A DNA stretch of 63,438 nt, counting the filler, from Choristocarpus tenellus KU-1152 (lineage: Eukaryota > Protista > Phaeophyceae), in NCBI GenBank assembly GCA_964200185.2. It is 13 parts of 13 records of this genome, joined end to end, with 100 filler letters (N's around TTAATTAATTAA, not from the genome) between each part and the next. Parts side by side here need not be neighbours in the genome. Positions count along the whole stretch, not along the records: positions 51,665 to 55,630 come from CAXNAD020016886.1; positions 55,731 to 60,570 come from CAXNAD020012846.1; positions 60,671 to 63,438 come from CAXNAD020024919.1; 10 more parts are not named here. One strand, 5' to 3'. Position 1 is the stretch's first letter, and each line of letters starts with the position of its first letter. The position numbers were made by a program, and so were the translations under genes. The notes below the pieces were generated by a model. The model worked only from the letters and a program-made list of their open reading frames with translations, had not been told where the DNA came from and made no database searches. Below are positions 55,141 to 63,438 of this stretch, piece after piece.

Positions 55141-56880
55141 AATAAGCATATAATTGCTAATGAGTATATTGGCGGTTGCATCAACATTATTTCTCCTAAG
55201 GGGTTCAAACCTGCATGCCCTGTGTGGGACGTACTCACATTACTGAAACCAAAATCTGAATATGGATTTGATTTGGAGAGATTGTTAGGGATATACAGGT
55301 AGTGTTTTGTGTCAGTGCTCAGGTTCTGAAGTGTGCATGCCTCTTGTTTTTCCTCATGAAATGAATGCATAGCGGAGATTCTTGAGTAGGGTATGTACCA
55401 TCCACCTAGCTCTTCATTCAGCCGATAATTCTGCAAAATACCATGATCATGGCAATGCCACATGGGATGAGGAAATATCCCTGCAACTCCCTTTACTTTA
55501 CTTGCGAATTATGACAAAGGAGTTATGCACTTCTTGGCAAAGAGGGCGATCATGTGTAAAAGGGATTCCCAAGGGCGTCACATCAAAAGTACTATAAAAA
55601 GAGTTTTCGACCCAAAGTATCTGGGGGGGGNNNNNNNNNNNNNNNNNNNNNNNNNNNNNNNNNNNNNNNNNNNNTTAATTAATTAANNNNNNNNNNNNNN
55701 NNNNNNNNNNNNNNNNNNNNNNNNNNNNNNCGCCGACCCCCCCCCCCCCAGATACTTTGACCTTTTTGTAGGAGGATCATGAGATGGAACTCATGGTGGA
55801 AGATGGCAATAATGACAGCATCAAAACGGATGAATCTGAGCCTGTGATTTAATCATAATGAAAATATGTTTTAAAAAACCCGACCCAGCAGTACTTGGGG
55901 TACTTGAAGTACACTCGGAGTACTCCATGCATTTTTCCCCTTAATAACATGTTTGCACACTGCCAACCAAAAAGATTTGAGTCACCAAAACATATCCTAT
56001 GAGTCCTATGTAAACCATCATTCCGATGACATGTTTTACCTCATAAACAGGTAAACAATCGTGTAAATATGAATACAACAAGAATGTTCCCCTTATTATA
56101 CAGATAATGCACCACCCTACTGCATGCTGTATTGTAAAGTAAAATGTGCCACTACACCTTGATGGATGAATGCGTTAGGACATCAGCTTTCACTCCGTAC
56201 ACATTTAATGGCGTGGATCGACCTGTAGCAGATTTGATACACATTTGAATGCCTCCTGTCTACTCAGTGAGACTCCATTATTTTCTCCAAATTGGGGATT
56301 AATGGGACTCACCTTGGGTTCCACAATGGAGTTAGGACCTCAAACAACTTGATGACATCCGATTTATCCCCAGGTTTCCAACTATACAAATAAACCATAT
56401 ATCTTTGTCCAACTCGAAAATTTGTGGAGATATTTAACAAATTTTCAGTACTACTCTATAATCGGACCAGTTTTGTGTTGGTATCTGATTTGTGGGTCTT
56501 TTCCAGATGACGTATACCCAATTCCATAAGAAGTGTTCTTATACCTACCATTTCTAGTTTTGTTTTTTGTGAACAGACTGGTACCTCAACCATTTCCATT
56601 TTTGTGTTTATTTTCTAGATGAGAAATGTATCACCACTTTTCATCACAGAAAAAAAGAAAGACCTTCTCATGTGAGGCGCGTGCCTTGTCCCGTGCCCAC
56701 TTGTTGTGAAACGAAGGATGTAATTGTGACCACAACAGTTTACCCCAGTAGGTCGATTGGTGACAGAAACGCTACTTATCGTCGCATACATAGATGCGAT
56801 ATTTTGGTGCACTAGGACGACATTAGTGAAAGATATTTCTAACCAATTTTGTTGTTCCTCTCTCCAGAGAAACGTCCACG

Positions 56881-59176
56881 ATGTCACCGTTGGTCGAACG
56901 AAAGGCGATGAGCCTGTTCTGCGTCATTGCAATCGCCGCAGCAGCCTTACCATGTGCATTCGGCGATGCAGGAGTGACCCAACATGGAAGAGGACTACTC
57001 AATGACTCCAGTTCCACCGAATACTTCAGTGTGCCAGCCTTTTTCATCACGTTTAGGGAGACGATTGAGGTGAGATCCTTGAGCTATCGCTTCGATTATC
57101 AGCTTGTCCACACCAAAAAGCAGTACCTGATAAATCCCATACCGCACCTCAATTGTTCCCACTCTTGTGCGTGTTAGGCTGTGGTGATCATCTCAGTTCT
57201 GCTGCGGTTTTTAGAAAAAATCGACAGGCCCGAGCTCAAGCCCGCGGTGTGGAAGGGCGCCTTCACCGGGCTGCTTTTGGCCATTGGTGTGGGTGTTGGC
57301 TTCATTATCGCATTCTACGAGACAAATGAGCAGTTCTTCGAGGGCGATGCTGAGTACATCCTAGAGGGCATTCTTATGCTGTTCGCGTCGTTCATCATCA
57401 CGGTGCTGTCTGCTTCCATGATCAAGATCACTCACATGCGAGAGAAGTGGGAACGGAAACTACAAGTGAGCACACAACCTTACATCCGATAAACAATACA
57501 ACATTCAAGCCAGGCACAACCTCAACCACGATACGACGAGAGAATCTACCGTGCTTGACAAGGTCTAAAAACACACGTTCCCAGCATGTTGAGCCTACCC
57601 TGTACTGCCTATTCGCCTACCGTGTCTCATCTCTTTTTGGAGGGAGATCGAAGAGAACACCTACTCCAGCAATTCATTATGCTTTGTTCGTGTCACACAA
57701 TCCGACCCCGATATATCATTGCGTATGTACGTGTCAGGCGGGCATGGCCAAGGCCGAGGAGCGGGGTTCAGACCTTCGCCACAGCTACATGTTTTGGCTC
57801 CCCTTAACTGCTGTGCTCCGCGAGGGTATAGAGACTGTGATCTTCCTTGCAGGAACCAGCGCTGGCTACCCAGTGAGTGCGCCTGTTGCTCATTGCAATA
57901 TATTCTCCTCGCCCTTGTACGCGCTCAATCTACCATCTCGATTGAACTCCTTCATTTATTTCCGCCCAGGTCCAAGCAAAGAACTACTGTTGTTGCAGCT
58001 GCGAACACTGTTCTGAAATTGGAAACTACTCTTCCACCCGCCATGTTTGTCACCTCTTGCCCACAGGCAAAGAGCATCCCTATACCTGGTATCCTTGGCA
58101 TTGTTGTGGGTCTCCTGATTGGTTGGTTCATCTTCCGACTGGGAAAGGAGGCCAGCTTGCGCAAACTTCTCATCTGCACAACTGTTCTCCTCCTCTTCAT
58201 TGCAGGTACTAGGCAGCAGCTCCCCACAGTGTTGAAAATACAGTCTAGTGCAAGCTTGTTTTGTTGCACAGCACGGATGATAAGCTTATTCCTGTCAAAT
58301 GCCGTCTCTTAAAGATCTCATCACATGCGACTTGTATCCGTGTTTTCTCTTTTTACGAGCAGTATTGTGTCCTTCTCGTTGTACCACTTGCTGTGGGACT
58401 GTTCAATCGGTACTTTACTACTGCTTGCTAACTCCATTATCTGAAGCCCTGTTCCTGACTGTGCCTTCCTCGACTCTACTCCCCTGGCAGCTGGCCTGTT
58501 CTCTCACGGTTGGCACGAACTCCAGGAGACTGGATTGTTTGGCACCTGGGACCCAAAGGAGGAGCGACCCTGGATTGTAAGCATTTGTTCTGCTCGAGTC
58601 CTGGCGTGTAGTATGTTCTACTATTTGTACTGATTTTATAATATTTTCTCTTTGATGAATGTAAGTATGTATATATATTTGTCTTGGCTTACCCACTATT
58701 TCTCCATCCTCTTGTATTGTCTAATGAATCAGAACCAGAGGTCATGGGACATTTGTGATGATGCGGACAACGATCACGAGTTCTGGTCGCTCATGCGTGC
58801 CCTATTTGGCTACCAGTGCCACCCAACACCATTGGAGATAATCTCTTGGTGCCTCTATTGGGTTATTGCTGGCATGTTCTTTGCCTTCAAGCTCCGAATC
58901 CTGTAAGTTATCCACTATGGTGTATTTTTAGGTGAAGCGTAAGCATAGACCTGTTTGTGTAGTGCATGTGTAGCCCTTAGTTTGCAATATATAAACTTCA
59001 CTCTGCTGACATGAAGATTGACTTTAAAATTTAAACTCAGGTGCTTCAAGGGCTGCTGTGAGAAGGCGGACTACTCATCGAGTGAGACATCTATTGGTGG
59101 ATCTACTGACTTCAAGTCTGCAAAAGTTGGTGTTGCCTCTACAGGGGATGAAGGCAAACATGATACAGCAGTGTAG
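56881..59176 (+). CDS. FTR1: High-affinity iron permease. Exons 56881-57069, 57178-57465, 57738-57872, 58067-58205, 58491-58576, 58733-58902, 59041-59176
   Basis: FSVPAFFITFRETIEA and LTAVLREGIETVIF (two RExxE motifs), AAGLFSHGWHELQE, LMRALFGY. About 7 hydrophobic segments. All introns are GT-AG and in phase; TAG at 59174. Confidence 0.95.
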
Positions 59177-60750
59177 GCAAAACAGTACAGTAAGGGGCAA
59201 GGATGTGGTAGTCTTAGGAATTTTAATTACAACGTTTTAGACCCATTTTTTCCTTTCTAATAGAATACAGCCCTCTGCTGTATTCTGTTACTATTTTTTG
59301 TCTTGCACATGAGTTTATAGGTTGAGATTGAAGGTTTGGGAGTAGTTAGATAGGCTTCTTGATGTTTGTGACCCATTTTTTCTTCAGTGTTGTGCTTGCA
59401 TAGAGGCTCGATAGTGAGCTTTTGTATTTGTTTTTAGGTTTAGCTGAAAATGTGATGAGGGTGTTCAAGCATGTAGGTGACACTTGAGTTGCATTGGAAA
59501 ATGTGGAATTGTTTGCAGTTTGCCTTCTATAGAACTGGAGGTTACCTAGTGCTGAGGATAAGAGATAACTTGTCTTAACACTAGACATTTTCTTAATGAT
59601 ACACGTAAGAAATCGATTCAGTTACCTCCAAATGTGCTCCATCTGTCACCTGCGACTGAAGTAATGGAGCGTAGATCCAGATAGATGCAGGATACACTCA
59701 AGTTTAGAACTGTGGTTGAAATAGGCCGCTTGGTGGGATGATGTCAAGTACCATTTTTCCCAATCGGATATTACTGGGACTGGAGCAAGGATTGGTTCAT
59801 GGTTGGAATGAAACTATTGGTTTGCTGTGAAGCCGGGCTTCCCAGGACTGAGGTCAGTATATACTTTTTCAAATGCAAATTTAGTTAAGTAATAAAGGAG
59901 AGGCTGTTGTAGGTACATAAACGTTGTAGGGGCAAAATGTGGAATTTAAGAGGGCACATGCCAATAATCAACAGTAGTTGGAGCAGAAACATTCGAGCAA
60001 TCAAATAGGTATGTAAGTACGATTTTGAAACACCAAAAATAAAATTTTCATATCATGGTGAGCGGAAGCATGTTGATTCCAATTTTGTTTACGCCTAAAC
60101 AAAACAACTTGACCCTTGATAAACACACTTTGGGTTGGAAAGAAATTGCCCTTACATCTTACACAAACACTCAAATGACATGACATCACTATGTGCTCTC
60201 AAACTCCCTGGATGAACACCATATTTACTGTGACAAACGGAAAATGTTACATATCGCTTCCACAGCTTACCTTGATGGGATATGTAGCTCCAGGTCACAA
60301 GCCCGTATACTGCAGACAAGGGGTAGAGTGCACAGTATTGGAAATATAATCAAGTATGCTTGATTTGTCACAATGACTAAATGTTGTAGCGATAAATCCT
60401 TCTAAGTAGTCAAGAAGCACAGCACATAAAATCTAATACTTCAAGCTCGTAATGGCGTTTATGAAACCGCCATATTAAGACCCATCACTTGTGGCAGAAG
60501 AGGTTAGGGAATTCTCAATACATCTAACAGGGGATCCTCAAAATGGGGGATGGCCCCGGACTATGAGGATNNNNNNNNNNNNNNNNNNNNNNNNNNNNNN
60601 NNNNNNNNNNNNNNTTAATTAATTAANNNNNNNNNNNNNNNNNNNNNNNNNNNNNNNNNNNNNNNNNNNNCAGGTACCGGTATGAACCAGAGCAGCGTTT
60701 GAGACAGTACACAGGGGGGGTGGGGGGGTGGGGGTCAACCAAGGTACATG

Positions 60751-60783
60751 CAACTTCAACTTCAACTTCAACTTCAACTTCAA
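60751..60783. repeat. (CAACTT)n microsatellite
   Basis: 5.5 perfect units. Confidence 0.9.
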
Positions 60784-63189
60784 TGACAATAACGCACACA
60801 CACACACAAAAAATACGCTGTGGGTGCCGAGCATGCATTAATACCGATTTCCGATAGTACAAATCAACTACAGTATACAGTAAATTAAAAATAATCTTTA
60901 GACCTACATGTTTACGTCACTCAAAACGAAACTAACACATTATTGCAGAACACACCTGTGCAGGAAAGTCCGGTTCACATACCAAACACGCCAACAACCA
61001 ACTGTTCAACTCCAGGGCGCCCCTCTCTCTCACACACACACACACACACAAGTCTAGTCAAATCGCAGTACGTGTGTGTGCGGTGGTCACAGTTGGAGGT
61101 TTCCTGTGAAACGCAAGTCCTAAACGACTGCTGAACCGCCACACGATCTCCGAACCGCCAACCCTAACCCTACCACAAGAGTCAAACGAGAAGGGACCGA
61201 CCTATGAACCTATAGGAACCTCCCCCACAACTGCGCCTTCACAGGACACATTACCTGCCCAACACAAAGGCTGTCATGGCAAGGAGCACCAACAACGGCA
61301 AAACAATCTAATTCGATCTTCCAACATTCACGATCCGTCAACCTCAGCCTCCTCATGGCACCAAACTCTACAGGGAGCCCTCGTTGTTGCTACTGGCGAC
61401 CGGCGCCAATGCACCGATGATGGGACCAGCGGGACGTCTTCGGACAGGGTTCCATCACCCCGCCGCGCTCAGAAAGCGCAACAAACCCTCATCAAGTACC
61501 TAACCCACCACATCCCAAGCGATCAGGGACGGGATGTTCGAAGTGTGCCACTCCATGGAAGGCGGACTTCTGCACCCCTAGGAACTTCAATAGTTACATT
61601 ATTCAGAACCAAATACGAACTCCAATAGTTCTACACACACTCCGCATTACACCACAATTCCATATAGTACGGGTTCTACTAGTAACACTCTCTATGCAGT
61701 CTCTTTGTTCAGGACCGGTCCGGCGCTGTTCCTCGCTGTTGGAAAACCAGCGCACGGGTATAAGAACCTCTCAAACAGGAACTAGTCTCAATCAGCGATA
61801 CGTCAGGAGTTCGAATCGATACTGAACAGGTGAAGTACACAGCAGTACCCCAGTTCTTTCCGGTACCACTGTTATTTTTTTTTCTTGCCGACTACCTGCC
61901 TGAAAAAAAGAAATAAGCAAGAAAAAAATATTTCTAGGGGATGGACACCCTCCCGGTCATCCAATCCGTCTCTTTAATTTTTTTTTCTGAACAGGACACT
62001 CACTCACTTACTGTACGCTCCTTCCCCTCCCCCCCCCCACCGAACAAAAAATAAAACATCTGACGAGTACTTTTTTCTTGTTTTAGTTTTAGACTCTGCC
62101 AAAGTCCAAAGTGGGACAACGAGTGCCCGGGACCAAATTCCCACACACAAAGAGCCAGTACAAGGTTCTGAACAGTGCCGACCGAACTGGCTCTCTTTTA
62201 GAGACGGTACGACCGAGCGAGGTAGTACACATCTATCGGTCCGCTCAAGAGGCTACGATAACAATAAATAAAAATAAAAATAATTGATTGCACTCCCTTC
62301 CAAGTTGAAAAAACTACTCACTCATGCAGACAAAAAAAAAAAAACGCGCTGTTCACAGCAGCATTCAAAAAAAGAGTTAGGGCTATATATGGGGCTAGAG
62401 CCATTAAGACACACATATATACAAAATACTGTTTATATATATATATATATACCCTCTCTGACAGATGAGAACACGAAACACCTCATTAATTTTTTTTTTC
62501 TTTTTTGAGACAGGAAATGAAGTCACTAGTTGATATTTGATCGGGTACTACAAATATTTTATAAACAAATTCGTCCATACTTCGGGATGATATTTAAAAC
62601 AAGATTTGAAACAAGATGCTCAACAATGGCATCTCTCTCTCTCTCTCTCCCCTAGGCGATAAGGAACAGCCTTGGTTTAGAAGACCGCTCTTTTCAAAAA
62701 GAGAGATGAGAAAAGGTACATGATGTATGGTACATAATATAGGGTACATAATATAAGGTATATTCATCCACAATTAAAAAACAAAACAAAACAAAACATG
62801 TGCAAATCTAATCAAAAGAGAGAACTGCTAATTCGTTGCATTACTCAAGTGAGACAAGATTGTCAGAGCAGAATGCAGGAAATTCCATTCCATTTGCAGG
62901 CTCCTCATTGTTACAATGTAAGAACTCCGTAACCTTCACGATGTCAGTACCCCCTCCAACCTCATGACAATATTAAAAACCTCTTGCGTAAATATTTCTC
63001 CCAAGAGTAGGTTACATATAATAGCGCCCCCCCCCCAAAAAAAAAGAAGAAAAGATCATCATCGAGTATCCATACAGCTTAAAATAACAAAAAAAGAAGA
63101 TAAGAAACAACCAAGTAAAAAAAAATATAGACAATGGTATAAAAACTACTTTTTAGATCATACGTGGTAGCATTTTTCTGTTCTCAAAA

Positions 63190-63237
63190 TGGAAGAGGAG
63201 GAAGAGGAGGAAGAGGAGGAAGAGGAGGAAGAGGAAC
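63190..63237. repeat. (GGAAGAGGA)n microsatellite
   Basis: About 5 perfect 9-bp units. Confidence 0.9.
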
Positions 63238-63438
63238 AAAAAATACTTTATTCCAACTAAAATAATTTTCCCTCTTCCGGACAAGAGAGTCAAACTCTCT
63301 TCGGAAAAAGAGAACAAAACTGATCCCCCCCATTGTGCATATCAACATTATCCCCATCCCCATCCCCATCCCCGTTCCATGTATGTACAAAAAAAAAAAA
63401 AAAAAAAACCAATCCCACAACTTCTAACAACCCCCCCC

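Noticed and set aside
55609-55763. Family B element proving contiguity across the linker
   Set aside because: The ends are compatible, but the flanks (TTC/TTT) are not a perfect TSD and many contigs end in this element.

Overview
Eukaryotic genomic DNA, most consistent with a photosynthetic stramenopile related to brown algae (inference from an ASAFAP-type plastid presequence, intron style and retroelement types). The window is not contiguous: 13 contigs are joined by an artificial N-TTAATTAATTAA-N linker, so nothing can be inferred across linkers. Host genes are a head-to-head pair (divergent CK2-beta and plastid-type TrpRS), an 11-exon ankyrin-repeat gene, a complete 7-exon FTR1 iron permease, an HMG-box first exon (possibly ISWI-type), an LRR terminal exon, a PPxY-repeat gene and a probable importin-9 C-terminus. 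Mobile DNA is abundant: Ty3/Gypsy, RTE-type and CRE-type retroelement relics, a solo LTR, and two related MITE families with 3-bp target-site duplications (TSDs), one self-nested. The best novelty candidate is contig 39315-48846. It is CpG-rich and gene-dense, with short introns, a degenerate Sola2-like transposase C-terminus followed by two Tudor-like domains, several unknown ORFs and a template-switch inverted triplication. The window also shows CpG-depleted gene bodies and repeats with CpG-rich gene 5' ends. All calls were made by eye without database searches.
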